Notes under the pieces: model-generated
The model's database searches: none
Seen by the model: only the letters and a program-made list of their open reading frames with translations
What the model was told of the DNA's origin: nothing
In this document: positions 10,084-19,851 of the stretch, piece by piece
Numbering within the stretch: the stretch's first letter is position 1
Layout: each line of letters starts with the position of its first letter
Made by a program: the position numbers and the translations under genes
DNA from: an uncultured Candidatus Saccharibacteria bacterium
GTDB taxonomy: Bacteria; Patescibacteriota; Minisyncoccia; Phycocordibacterales; PALSA-1337
Assembly (NCBI GenBank): GCA_964645315.1
Contig: CAZYBH010000002.1
Span: 1 to 56,438, forward strand
Direction: 5' to 3'
Length of the DNA: 56,438 nucleotides

Positions 10084-11124
10084 ATGAATAATGTTGATTT
10101 TGCATTTATAGTACACTCCAGAACAGCAGAAGATTTTAAAAGGAAGTATCGAATTCTGCATTGGTTTCCGGATGCATTTATTGACTTTATAACCCTCAGG
10201 CTAAAACCAATTCTAGTGTCATATATAGATGGAGTCAAATCTCTCAAATCTGGCGATCCAATTAACGGTGTAGTAATTGGTATTCCAATGACTGCTAAAC
10301 AACTACTTGAAAACAGAAGCTTAGCTTTGAAAAGAATCATACAGTCAGTAGAAAAAGCAAAAAAATACGGTGCGAAAAGGATTGCTCTTGGAGCTATGAC
10401 AGCATCGTTATCAAAGGGTGGAATTGATGTTATTAGTTCGGTTGAAAACGTTTATATTACAAATGGTAGAACATTCACATCAAAGAATATATGCGATTAT
10501 GTCGAATATTACACTCAGCTTTGCAATATTAGCAAGGAAAACATAAGAATTGGAATACTAGGTGCTGCAGGTAGTATCGGTTCTTCTGTAACTAAGACAT
10601 TGATTAAACTTGGGTATAAAAATTTTACGCTAATCGATTTAGAGAGAAAATTAGACACTCTAGAAAAACATTTAGATAGTATAAGGAATATAAATAATCA
10701 TATTAAGATCAACAAAGGTCACCAGGTGCGTTTGCTATATGAATGTAAAATTATAATAGCAGCTACCAGTTCTCCCGAGATTGTAATTAGACCATCTGAT
10801 GTAAGCTACGGAACAATAATTATTAATGATGCACAACCATCAGATGTTGATCCAGAAATTATCAGAACAAGGAGTGATGTTACGGTTGTCGAGGGTGGTG
10901 TACTTCATACCGATAGTGTAAATTGCCATTTTAACTTTGGACTTCATCACCGTACCGATATATTTAGTTGTCTTGCCGAGGTAATTTTAATATCAGCACT
11001 TAATATTTCTGAGCATAAATCTATCAGTGAATTGGACCATAATTATATGAAGGAGTTAGACATTGCTTCCAGGAAGCTCGGATTTAAAATTTGTCCTCAA
11101 AATATTAATGGTCTGGTAAAATAA
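10084..11124 (+). CDS. NAD(P)-binding oxidoreductase resembling acyl-ACP reductase (Aar-like / shikimate-DH-like fold)
   Basis: Start chosen at MNNVDFAFIVHSRT (ATG 10084); the longer ORF from 9877 overlaps the divergent kinase gene. Layout and motifs (FAFIVH, GAMTASLSKGG, Rossmann GILGAAGSIGSSV, C-terminal FSCLAEVILISAL) recall cyanobacterial acyl-ACP reductase. This is from memory only. Confidence 0.5.
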   Translation: MNNVDFAFIVHSRTAEDFKRKYRILHWFPDAFIDFITLRLKPILVSYIDGVKSLKSGDPINGVVIGIPMTAKQLLENRSLALKRIIQSVEKAKKYGAKRIALGAMTASLSKGGIDVISSVENVYITNGRTFTSKNICDYVEYYTQLCNISKENIRIGILGAAGSIGSSVTKTLIKLGYKNFTLIDLERKLDTLEKHLDSIRNINNHIKINKGHQVRLLYECKIIIAATSSPEIVIRPSDVSYGTIIINDAQPSDVDPEIIRTRSDVTVVEGGVLHTDSVNCHFNFGLHHRTDIFSCLAEVILISALNISEHKSISELDHNYMKELDIASRKLGFKICPQNINGLVK

Positions 11125-11128
11125 CACT

Positions 11129-12739
11129 ATGGATTTTATAACAATAATATTAATGATAGTTTCCGCGTCGATATTAAGCTTGGGTGTCTCTGTTGTAGCA
11201 AAGAGCAGAGAAGATCTTAATCGATACTATTTTTTTAATATAATCACTATTTTAGGTTGGGCAATATCGATGATTTATTATCGAATGTCTGATTCGGAAA
11301 GTATATTACTCTGGTCAAAATTATTATATGTTGCCGCGAGTCTTGTAGCCGGTAACTTTTTGTATTTTACATACGTTTTTCCGAAATATACCAAGGTTTC
11401 ATTTAAGAAAAAATTATTAATATTTATTCCTAACATTGTAATAGTGTTACTCTGTATTTTTGGAAATTTAATAATTACTGGAGCTCAGGTTAATATAAAT
11501 CAGGAGAACTTTATATTTTGGGGAAAATTGTATCCAGTATATGTGGTATACATATTAATCTACTTTAACTTTGCTTTTTATCGTTTAGCCAAAAAAAGAA
11601 GCATATCAACAGATAAAATCGAAAAAATACAGCTTACGTATGTATTACTTGGATATATGGCTTCAGGTGTAATATCGTTTACAACTAATTTGATTCTTCC
11701 ATCATTTGGATATTTTAGTTTAAATTGGGTAGGCCAAGTTTCTACTATATTAATGGCAATATCAGCTACATATGCAATTGTTAAACACAGGCTTTTCAAC
11801 ACGAAAGTAATTGGTGCGGAATTGCTAACATTTTCAATATGGATTATTTTCCTTCTTCAAGTATTAACATCGGCCGGACTTAAGGAATTGATTATTTCAT
11901 CAATTTCATTAGTTCTTTCAATTGCAGTTGGAATATTATTAATCAGGAGTGTTATCAAAGAAGTCGAATCTCGCGAAAAAATCGAGCTATTGGCACAGGA
12001 TTTGGAGAAGGCAAATGTGCGTTTGACTGATATAAACAGACAGAAGTCTGAATTCGTCTCCTTTGCTACTCATCAGTTGAGGGGTCCGCTTACAGCGATG
12101 AAGGGTTATGCATCGTTATTATTAGAAGGAGAAATGGGTAAGATGGACGATAAGGTCAAAGAGGGTATAGGGAGGATTTCCGATTCGGCAAATACACTTG
12201 TAAATATAGTCAATGATTATCTAAACATCAGTAGAATAGAGTTGGGTGCGATGAAGTATGCATTTGAAACTGTTGATTTAAAGAACTTGGTAGATGATGT
12301 GATAGCAGAATTGAAACCAAATATTGATAAGACAGGGATTAAGTTTAGTTATTCGGCAGAGCAATCGGTAGATTTCAGAACAACAGCGGACAAGGACAAG
12401 CTAAAGCAGGTTTTTGCAAATCTTATTGATAATTCGATCAAATATACTCCGAAGGGCTCAATAATTTGTCATTTGGCTCTCGACAAGCAAAAGCATAAGT
12501 TTATATTCTCAATACGCGATACTGGTGTGGGTATAGCACCAGAGACTCTTCCTCACCTATTCCAGAAGTTCTCTAGAGCAGAAAATGCAAGCAAAACAAA
12601 TATTAGAGGAACTGGTCTCGGTCTTTATGTGGCAAAAGAGATGGTAGAAGCACATCATGGCACTATAAGAGCCGAATCTAGAGGCGAAGGCCAAGGCTCA
12701 ACATTTTTTGTTGAATTGGAGCCATTTGCAAAAGCGTAG
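11129..12739 (+). CDS. sensor histidine kinase with polytopic N-terminal membrane domain
   Basis: 536 aa with multiple TM segments, HisKA H-box FVSFATHQLRGPLTAMKGY and HATPase_c (IRDTGVGIAPE, GTGLGLYVAKEMVEAHHG). Confidence 0.85.
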   Translation: MDFITIILMIVSASILSLGVSVVAKSREDLNRYYFFNIITILGWAISMIYYRMSDSESILLWSKLLYVAASLVAGNFLYFTYVFPKYTKVSFKKKLLIFIPNIVIVLLCIFGNLIITGAQVNINQENFIFWGKLYPVYVVYILIYFNFAFYRLAKKRSISTDKIEKIQLTYVLLGYMASGVISFTTNLILPSFGYFSLNWVGQVSTILMAISATYAIVKHRLFNTKVIGAELLTFSIWIIFLLQVLTSAGLKELIISSISLVLSIAVGILLIRSVIKEVESREKIELLAQDLEKANVRLTDINRQKSEFVSFATHQLRGPLTAMKGYASLLLEGEMGKMDDKVKEGIGRISDSANTLVNIVNDYLNISRIELGAMKYAFETVDLKNLVDDVIAELKPNIDKTGIKFSYSAEQSVDFRTTADKDKLKQVFANLIDNSIKYTPKGSIICHLALDKQKHKFIFSIRDTGVGIAPETLPHLFQKFSRAENASKTNIRGTGLGLYVAKEMVEAHHGTIRAESRGEGQGSTFFVELEPFAKA

Positions 12740-12778
12740 TATATTTCAATAATTGGAAGCTAGGAATGTTAATATCAG

Positions 12779-12811
12779 GTGCATAAAACTCCTGAGGCCT
12801 CGCCTCAGGAA
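12779..12811. repeat. partial copy (hairpin 3) of the triple-hairpin repeat family; works as an intrinsic terminator on the minus strand
   Basis: gtgcataaaactCCTGAGGCctcGCCTCAGGaa has an 8-bp stem and 3-nt loop. On the minus strand the stem is followed by aGTTTTat. The same ~33-nt motif occurs at 21960-21992, 22755-22787 and 35405-35437. Confidence 0.7.
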
Positions 12812-12854
12812 CTAACATGCCCCCAGGTCCGCATGGACGAGGGGGCAAGGACCG

Positions 12855-13058
12855 CTAGTCGTCATTGGGGCAGGATCGGGTGATCCGATTCCCTGTGAAC
12901 GGCCTCAGCCTGAACGCTGGAACGGGGCGCGGATTGACGACGCCAGGCTGAGAAGATTCCACGTTGGCGGCAATCCGCATACGTCGGAACCATTGAGCTG
13001 GAGTCGTTCTGTGTTGCGGTCCTGAATTGCTTTCTGGAACTTGAGTCTGTTGAGTCAC
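12855..13058 (-). CDS. small Arg/Pro-rich hypothetical protein (67 aa) on a GC-rich patch
   Basis: GTG start 5 nt after a near-perfect SD (aaaggaggtgat). A consensus promoter lies upstream and two tandem hairpins downstream. The sequence is low-complexity, and the region also has long-range stems (ctcagcctg...caggctgag), so a structured RNA is an alternative. Confidence 0.4.
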   Translation of the reverse strand: MTQQTQVPESNSGPQHRTTPAQWFRRMRIAANVESSQPGVVNPRPVPAFRLRPFTGNRITRSCPNDD

Positions 13059-13095
13059 AATATCACCTCCTTTCTTGACTCATTTCTGGGATATA

Positions 13096-13124
13096 ATTAT
13101 ATTACTTCATAAAGCAAAAGTCAA
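13096..13124 (-). promoter_or_regulatory. near-consensus sigma70 promoter
   Basis: Minus strand TTGACT (13124-13119), 17-nt spacer, TATAAT (13101-13096). It lies about 25 nt upstream of the SD of the 67-aa ORF. Confidence 0.65.
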
Positions 13125-13151
13125 GCTAGTATATAGCGACTCTGTGAATAA

Positions 13152-13622
13152 CTAACCCCTTACCAATTCATCTACCACCGCTTTTACATCATTACCATCG
13201 GCATTGCCAGCAAAATGCTTGATTATCATGCCAGTAAGCTTACCTGATGATTTGGGATCGAGTTTTGCATCGCCAAATAGATCTTGAGCGATCTTGATCG
13301 CCACAGCTTTTATATCTTCATGAGAGGCGGTCGCAGGCAAGTAAGTCTCAAGGATTTTGAGTTCGGCTTTTTCTTTGTCGGCAAGATCTGGTCTTTTGCC
13401 CAATTCAAATTGCCTGATCGAATCCTGTCTTTGTTTGACGCTTCTCTTGATCAATGCAAGTGCTTTGTCATCTGCGATAAAGTCTGTGCCAGAGGGAGCT
13501 TTACTGGCAATCAATTCATTTACAAAAAGGGCATTGAGGCCACGAAGTGTGTCGAGTCTAATACTATCTTTGGCTCTCATTGCTTCTACTATTTGATTTT
13601 TTATTGTTTGATGTATTGTCAT
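13152..13622 (-). CDS. yqeY: GatB/YqeY domain protein
   Basis: 156 aa. MTIHQTIKNQIVEAMRAKDSIRLDTLRGL... is the typical YqeY N-terminus and the size fits. Confidence 0.75.
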   Translation of the reverse strand: MTIHQTIKNQIVEAMRAKDSIRLDTLRGLNALFVNELIASKAPSGTDFIADDKALALIKRSVKQRQDSIRQFELGKRPDLADKEKAELKILETYLPATASHEDIKAVAIKIAQDLFGDAKLDPKSSGKLTGMIIKHFAGNADGNDVKAVVDELVRG

Positions 13623-13709
13623 ACATATAGTCTAGCTCATTTTACTCAAAAATTTAAGTCCATCCCTCAATATAATGCCTAACAAGGACATTCATGATAA
13701 TATAGCTTT

Positions 13710-14819
13710 ATGCAAACATTTCTTATCATTCTTGCCATAGTACTAGTCATTGCAAATATCGCTATTTTTCTTTTTGGTAGAAATAAAAAGGCTGATCATG
13801 GTGGCCTCAACTTGCTATTAGAACAGATAAATGAACTTGGCAGAATTGTAGATCGCAAAGTGACCGACCTATCGAAGACAGTGGATCATAAAGTAGACGG
13901 TCTGACCAAGACAGTCGACTACAAGATAAACGAATCTTCTCGCAATATGCAGGAGTCTATGACTGCTCAGCTACACCAATCATCACGATTGGTCAAAGAA
14001 GTGACAGAAAGACTCACTATGCTAGATGAGACAAATCGCCAAGTTGTCTCATTTTCTGCCCAACTCCAAAATCTTCAGGATATCCTCAAAAATCCGAAGC
14101 ATCGAGGTATTCTAGGTGAATATTATCTTGAAACATTGTTAAAGAATGTCCTTGCTCCCGGTCAATTTGCCATGCAATATACTTTTTCAAATGGCGAAAT
14201 AGTCGATGCGGCAGTCTTTGTGCGAGACAAAATCATCCCTATTGATTCAAAGTTTTCATTAGAAAATTACAATAAACTCGCTGAAGAGAAAAATCCTGCA
14301 GAGAAGGATAGATTAGAGAAACTATTTGTTAGTGATCTCAAGATCCGCATTCAAGAGACATCAAAATACATAAGACCAAATGAGGGAACTATGGATTTCG
14401 CTTTTATGTTTATTCCTCATGAAGCTATTTACTATGATCTATTGGTCAATAAAATTGGATCTATTACCGAAGAGACTGACAATCTGATCCAGAGAGCGGC
14501 AAATAAGTATAAGGTCATTATAGTCTCACCGACATCATTTTTGGCATATTTGCAGACCGTCTTGCAAGGTCTCAAAGCTTTGCAGATCGAAGAGACAGCC
14601 AAGGATATTATCAAGAGGGTTTCTGAATTGGGTACTCATCTCAAAAAGTATGAAGACTATCATGGCAAACTAGGTGTATCACTATCAACTGTTATAAATC
14701 ATTACAATAATTCAGGAAAGGAGTTGAAGAAGGTAGATAAGGATGTATTAAGGATTACGGGCGAGACACCTGGGATTGAGGTAGAAATGATTGATAAACC
14801 AGAGCAGGCTGGAGAATAG
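13710..14819 (+). CDS. rmuC: DNA recombination protein RmuC
   Basis: 369 aa with an N-terminal TM helix, a coiled coil, and the RmuC nuclease-like core (KHRGILGEYYLETLLKNVL, DAAVFVRDKIIPIDSKF, FMFIPHEAIY). Confidence 0.8.
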   Translation: MQTFLIILAIVLVIANIAIFLFGRNKKADHGGLNLLLEQINELGRIVDRKVTDLSKTVDHKVDGLTKTVDYKINESSRNMQESMTAQLHQSSRLVKEVTERLTMLDETNRQVVSFSAQLQNLQDILKNPKHRGILGEYYLETLLKNVLAPGQFAMQYTFSNGEIVDAAVFVRDKIIPIDSKFSLENYNKLAEEKNPAEKDRLEKLFVSDLKIRIQETSKYIRPNEGTMDFAFMFIPHEAIYYDLLVNKIGSITEETDNLIQRAANKYKVIIVSPTSFLAYLQTVLQGLKALQIEETAKDIIKRVSELGTHLKKYEDYHGKLGVSLSTVINHYNNSGKELKKVDKDVLRITGETPGIEVEMIDKPEQAGE

Positions 14820-14922
14820 TCTATCCAATCAATATATCTGTAAATTACAATTTGTGCATATTTATGTAGTGTACGCATTAGATGTTGCGTAAATTATAAA
14901 AACCTGTATACTATGCTTTACT

Positions 14923-15240
14923 ATGGAATTTGCAGTAATAACCACAGGTGGCAAGCAATATACAGTCTCAAAGGGGGATAAGATCTCTATTGAGAAGCTT
15001 TCTGATACAAGCAAGGTTGGCGATAAGATCAGCTTCGACAAAGTACTACTAGTAGACGATGGTTCAAATACCACAATCGGCAATCCTTACATCAAGAATG
15101 CCTCAGTCAAAGCCACAATTACCAAGATTGGCAGATTGCCAAAGATTACTGTTGTTCACTACAAACAAAAAAGCCGTTATTTCAAGAAAAATGGCCACAA
15201 ACAGCCTTTCGTCGAAGTAGTTATCGATTCTCTCAACTAA
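14923..15240 (+). CDS. rplU: 50S ribosomal protein L21
   Basis: 105 aa; MEFAVITTGGKQYTVSKGDKISIEKL is a canonical L21 N-terminus. Confidence 0.9.
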   Translation: MEFAVITTGGKQYTVSKGDKISIEKLSDTSKVGDKISFDKVLLVDDGSNTTIGNPYIKNASVKATITKIGRLPKITVVHYKQKSRYFKKNGHKQPFVEVVIDSLN

Positions 15241-15841
15241 ATCTATTTTTTAGAGCATATTTTATTGTCTCACTATCGGCATATTCTATTTCTGCACCTG
15301 TAGATAAACCTCTACCCAAGACGGAAACTCTTGTACTTTGATCCTTTATGCGATTTAGGGCGTCTTTGACTATATCGAGAGTGTGTTCGCCTTCGCGATT
15401 TGTGTTTAGTGATATTATTATCTCTTTTATACTTTTTGATTTAGAAATATATTCGAGCAGTTTTTCTAATCTAATTCTTTTGTGAGGTTCGCTATCAAGG
15501 ATCGGTACGGTACCACCCAAAATGAAGTATTTGCCTTTGTAGACACCACTTTTCTCAATAGTTTCGAAATCGGAATCTCTAGCCACAACCATGAGAAGAC
15601 TATTGTCTCTATTTTTATCATTGCAAATATTGCACAAAGTACTAGCTGAATTTGTAAGAAATAGTCTATGGCAATCCACACATTCATTTGTGGATTTTTT
15701 TGTTTCGCTAATTAATCTCACGAATTCACTAATCGTAGAATTTGATCTAGAAAGAATATAATGAACAAAACGCTTGGACTGTCTGGGGCCAATACCGGGG
15801 AATTGAGCGAACATTTCTTCTAGTTTTTTGATATTATCCAT
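15233..15841 (-). CDS. recR: recombination protein RecR
   Basis: 202 aa with HhH FPGIGPRQSKRFVHYIL, Cys4 zinc motif CVDCHRL...CNIC, and a Toprim region. It overlaps rplU convergently by 8 nt. Confidence 0.9.
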   Translation of the reverse strand: MDNIKKLEEMFAQFPGIGPRQSKRFVHYILSRSNSTISEFVRLISETKKSTNECVDCHRLFLTNSASTLCNICNDKNRDNSLLMVVARDSDFETIEKSGVYKGKYFILGGTVPILDSEPHKRIRLEKLLEYISKSKSIKEIIISLNTNREGEHTLDIVKDALNRIKDQSTRVSVLGRGLSTGAEIEYADSETIKYALKNRFS

Positions 15842-15847
15842 ACAATA

Positions 15848-17230
15848 TTAGCCCTCGAAACCACCGAAATCTGCTTTATCGATAGACATGAAGGTGGTTT
15901 TCTTGCTGTCGAAGTATAGCTTGACTATGCCTGTAGGTCCATTTCGGTGCTTTTCTATCATTATCTCAGCTTCTTCTTTGCGACCACCTTGCTCCTGATC
16001 CTGATCGCGATGGATAAACATGACCACATCTGCGTCCTGTTCGATGGAACCAGAGTCTCTCAAATCCGAAAGTCTGGGTTTGCCTCCTCTTTGCTCAACC
16101 GCTCTTGATAACTGTGATAGGGCAAGGACTGGTACCTCAAGTTCGCGAGCGAGATTTTTGAGTGAGCGAGAAATCTCGGTAACTTGCTGGACTATATTGT
16201 CATTGTTGCGAGTATTTGTAGGTACCATAAGTTGTAAATAGTCTACGACAATAAGACCTAGACCCTTTTCGTTTTTGAGTCTGCGCGCTACAGCACGCAT
16301 CTTGAGGATATTGTTGCCTGGAGCGTCATCTATATAGATCGGAGCATCAGAAAGTCTGCTTATGGCATCGCCTATGGCCTTGAAATCAGCTTCGACCGAT
16401 AGATTGTGGCCAGTACGGATCTTCCATGAATCGACTTGAGACTCTGCGGAAAGCATACGGTCGACCAATTGTTGAGAGCTCATTTCTAGAGAAAATATAG
16501 CAACTGGCACCTTGTGATTGACCGCAGCTTTGCGAGCAATATCGAGGGCAAGAGAGGTTTTTCCCATTGATGGTCTTGCAGCAAGAATAATAAGATCAGA
16601 CTTTTGAAAACCAGAAAGCTTGCTGTCTAGATCACTAAATCCGGATGGTACGCCCCTAAGTTCGTCCTTGGTCTTGTGCAAATGATCGAGTCTTTCCCAT
16701 GCCTCATGAAGAGTATCCTTGAGGGCGATAAATTTGTGTGAACCAGTCTTATTTGTAACATTGTAGAGGACTTTTTCGGCTTTTTCGAGTAATTCATGGA
16801 GATCAGAATCCTCATCATATCCAAGTCCAGAGATCTGCTCTGAAACCCTTAATAATTCACGCATGCCGTGCTTCTTCTCGACTATTTGGGCATAGTGATT
16901 TGCATTTGTGGATGATGGTACGGAATTTATAACCTCGGTAAGATAAGTCATGCCACCGCTTTGCTCCAATTGTTCTTTTTCTTTGAGTCTAGCTGAGACC
17001 GTAAGAAGGTCTATCGGTGCGCCCTTGGTGTGTAATTCTAGAATAGAATTCCAAATATATCGATGTTGATTTGTATAAAATGAATCTGAGGAAATAAGGT
17101 CGACAACATCATGCAAAGCTTCACCTCTCATCAATATTGAACCAAGCAAAGCTTTTTCGGCCTCAAGATTGTGAGGTGGGATTTTGAGATCTCTTGTTTT
17201 GAAATAGGGAGATGTTGTTTCCATTGGCAC
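15848..17230 (-). CDS. dnaB: replicative DNA helicase DnaB
   Basis: 460 aa with PPHNLEAEKALLGSIL, Walker A ILAARPSMGKTSLAL, and SLEMSSQQLVDRML. No intein-sized insertion. Confidence 0.95.
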   Translation of the reverse strand: MPMETTSPYFKTRDLKIPPHNLEAEKALLGSILMRGEALHDVVDLISSDSFYTNQHRYIWNSILELHTKGAPIDLLTVSARLKEKEQLEQSGGMTYLTEVINSVPSSTNANHYAQIVEKKHGMRELLRVSEQISGLGYDEDSDLHELLEKAEKVLYNVTNKTGSHKFIALKDTLHEAWERLDHLHKTKDELRGVPSGFSDLDSKLSGFQKSDLIILAARPSMGKTSLALDIARKAAVNHKVPVAIFSLEMSSQQLVDRMLSAESQVDSWKIRTGHNLSVEADFKAIGDAISRLSDAPIYIDDAPGNNILKMRAVARRLKNEKGLGLIVVDYLQLMVPTNTRNNDNIVQQVTEISRSLKNLARELEVPVLALSQLSRAVEQRGGKPRLSDLRDSGSIEQDADVVMFIHRDQDQEQGGRKEEAEIMIEKHRNGPTGIVKLYFDSKKTTFMSIDKADFGGFEG

Positions 17231-17360
17231 ATTGTACCAGATATAAAATAATTGAGACGCAATAGGAGAAGTGGAAAAAGGGTGGAAAACTCCATTTCTA
17301 AATATTTAAAAAATATTTAGATTATGCTAATATGACTTTATTAATCCTAAATTTTTTATT

Positions 17361-17657
17361 ATGTCTACCACAGCAAAAACAGGAATAGCACTTGTAATAG
17401 TCCTTGTAATCGTAGTTATTGCTTGGGTCGGATTTTCTACCAAGAAAGCTCCAGAGCCAGCACCAGTAACTGCAGTCCAAACTGTCGAACCTACACCAAC
17501 ACCAAAGCTTCCAAACACAGCTGGTACAGGTATGGCCGATCAGACCGACAATTCAAATGAAGCAATCACTACAGATATCGAGGCAGTAGGTAAGCAATTG
17601 AACGATCTTAATACAGATACCCAAAATGTCGATCAGGGTCTAAAAGAAACAATATAA
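17361..17657 (+). CDS. small membrane-anchored hypothetical protein
   Basis: 98-aa ORF with one N-terminal TM helix (GIALVIVLVIVVIAWVGF) followed by a Pro/Thr-rich acidic tail. Confidence 0.5.
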   Translation: MSTTAKTGIALVIVLVIVVIAWVGFSTKKAPEPAPVTAVQTVEPTPTPKLPNTAGTGMADQTDNSNEAITTDIEAVGKQLNDLNTDTQNVDQGLKETI

Positions 17658-17661
17658 AAAC

Positions 17662-18471
17662 ATGAAGAAATATTCAATTTTAATTTTGACAACTCTTGCT
17701 CTAGTACTTAGCTTCAATCAGGTTAGTGCTGTAGTATCTACTTCCACAAAAGAGTCCGCAAAAGATGCAAAAGAAAATAGAGAGGAGATGAAGAAGGACA
17801 AGATTAAGAGCAAAGCAGATATGCTTTTGGACAATCGCATCGATAGTCTCAACAAACTCAAGGAAAGAGTATCCCAAATGAAAAATCTTTCTGATGCCGA
17901 TCAGACTTCTATTACTACAATAGTAAATAATGTAATAAATGATCTTACAAGCCTTAGAACATCTATCGAAAATGCCACATCGAGCGAATCCGCAAAGGTC
18001 TTGAGAGAATCAATAACTAAGAAATATAGAGTTTATGCTTTGGTTATGCCACAAATAAACATAATCGCTGCTGCAGACAGGATGACAACATCAGTCAGTA
18101 TGCTAAATGTGGTCGCTGCAAAGATCGAAACAAGGATCAATAGTGCTACAACAAGTGAATTGAGCTCTGCTAATATCAATCTAGCCTCAAAAACTCTTGT
18201 AGAACTCAAAGCAAAGTTAGCAAAAGCTCAAGCTGATGCTCAAGAGGCGGTGACGATGGTAGCAAGCCTCAATGCTGATGATGGAGACAAAACTGTAGCC
18301 GAATCAAATCAAAAGACACTTAAGGATGCAAGGGCAAAGATCAAATCTGCTCAAACAAATCTAGTTGGAGCAAAGAAGGATGCAGAATCAATTGCAAAAA
18401 TTATTGGCAAAGAGAAAAAGAAAGTTATGAAGGTTGATAATGCTACCACATCTACGAGCACAGCCAAATAA
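17662..18471 (+). CDS. secreted coiled-coil hypothetical protein
   Basis: 269 aa with a signal-like N-terminus; the remainder is Lys/Ala/Ser-rich and helical. The stop overlaps the pyrD start (TAATG). Confidence 0.6.
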   Translation: MKKYSILILTTLALVLSFNQVSAVVSTSTKESAKDAKENREEMKKDKIKSKADMLLDNRIDSLNKLKERVSQMKNLSDADQTSITTIVNNVINDLTSLRTSIENATSSESAKVLRESITKKYRVYALVMPQINIIAAADRMTTSVSMLNVVAAKIETRINSATTSELSSANINLASKTLVELKAKLAKAQADAQEAVTMVASLNADDGDKTVAESNQKTLKDARAKIKSAQTNLVGAKKDAESIAKIIGKEKKKVMKVDNATTSTSTAK

Positions 18472-19499
18472 TGTATAAGAGTTTAATAAAGCCAATTTTA
18501 TTTCTATTTAATCCAGAACTGGTTCATGATTTCATGACCAGTTTTGGGGTTATTTTGGGCAGATTTCGATTTACACGATATATTACACAAATATTTTACG
18601 GCTATAATGGCAGAGACATATCAAAGGTAGTAGACGGTATAAAGTACAGCACACCATTTCTACTGTCTGCAGGTTTTGATTATAATGGCCTCCTTTACAA
18701 TATCTTACCAAGTATATCGCTAGGTGGTGAAGAGATCGGTTCAGTCACAGCAAAGAAATGTGAGGGAAACCCCAAGCCTAGATTGACTAGAATTCCAAAT
18801 TCAAAGGGCATTATCGTAAATAAAGGCCTAAGAAATGATGGAGTTGATGAGGTCATCCGAAGACTCAAAAATGCTCCGAAAAGCATATTTGTAAAAGGTA
18901 TTTCAATTGCAAAAACCAATGACAAAAATTCGGCAACGGTATCAGGTGCTATAGAGGATTATTGCTATTCATTCAGAAGGCTAAATGAAGAAAATATTGG
19001 CGATTATTATACTCTCAATATTTCTTGTCCAAATGCTTTTGGTGGAGAGACATTCACAACACCAGAATTGCTTGAGAAACTTCTTACTCAAATTAAGCAA
19101 ATTCCTTGCAATAAACCGATTTATGCGAAGATGCCGATCAATATTCCTTGGGAACAATTTGATTCATTATTACAGGTTATGGATAAGCATGGACTAAATG
19201 GTGTTATCATCGGAAATTTGAATAAGGATTATTCATTTATCAAACCAGAAGAAAGACCTTCAAATTATTGCGGGGGAATATCTGGTTTCGCTTGCAAAGA
19301 TTTATCTACCCAATTAATCAAAAAAACTCGAGAAAAATACGGCAAAAGATTTACAATATTTGGTGTCGGAGGAGTAATGTCTCCTCGAGATGCAAAAGAG
19401 AAGTTCGATGCTGGTGCAGATCTGATTATGCTTATTACAGGCCTTATTTATGAAGGACCAGGTCTCGTAAAAAGACTTTGTTATTCAATACAAAAATAG
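18471..19499 (+). CDS. pyrD: dihydroorotate dehydrogenase (class 2-like)
   Basis: 342 aa with LSAGFDYNG, EIGSVT, NISCPN, and FGVGGVMSPRDAKEKFDAGADLIMLITGLIYEGPGL, the typical PyrD C-terminus. Confidence 0.75.
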   Translation: MYKSLIKPILFLFNPELVHDFMTSFGVILGRFRFTRYITQIFYGYNGRDISKVVDGIKYSTPFLLSAGFDYNGLLYNILPSISLGGEEIGSVTAKKCEGNPKPRLTRIPNSKGIIVNKGLRNDGVDEVIRRLKNAPKSIFVKGISIAKTNDKNSATVSGAIEDYCYSFRRLNEENIGDYYTLNISCPNAFGGETFTTPELLEKLLTQIKQIPCNKPIYAKMPINIPWEQFDSLLQVMDKHGLNGVIIGNLNKDYSFIKPEERPSNYCGGISGFACKDLSTQLIKKTREKYGKRFTIFGVGGVMSPRDAKEKFDAGADLIMLITGLIYEGPGLVKRLCYSIQK

Positions 19500-19518
19500 A
19501 TGCACGGCATCTATTTTT
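19497..19518. terminator. bidirectional hairpin terminator between pyrD and the glutaredoxin gene
   Basis: TAGATGC-acg-GCATCTA (7 bp) is preceded by an A-run and followed by TTTTT. Confidence 0.55.
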
Positions 19519-19544
19519 GTTTGTTAGAAAATCTAGAAGTGTTA

Positions 19545-19778
19545 TTAGGCCTGCAATGCTTCCTTCAATCTTGGCTCATCGAAGCCGACTACGATCTCGC
19601 CGTCAACTTCTATAACTGGTACACCCATCTGACCAGTCTTCTCGATCATTTCTTTTCTCTTGGCTAGATCTGTAGCGACATTGTATTCTGTATACTCTAC
19701 TTTATTTTTCTTAAAAAAATCTTTTGCCAAATTGCAGTAAGTACAACTTGGTGTGGAATAAATAGTTACGTTCTTCAT
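19545..19778 (-). CDS. glutaredoxin/NrdH-like redoxin
   Basis: 77 aa with CxxC active site (YSTPSCTYCNLAKDFF) and GVPVIEVDGEIVVGFD. Confidence 0.85.
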   Translation of the reverse strand: MKNVTIYSTPSCTYCNLAKDFFKKNKVEYTEYNVATDLAKRKEMIEKTGQMGVPVIEVDGEIVVGFDEPRLKEALQA

Positions 19779-19851
19779 TATTTTATAAAAATTATTTAAT
19801 TAATAAATTTATAGATGATACTTTGTATCATTAACAATATATCACCTAGCT

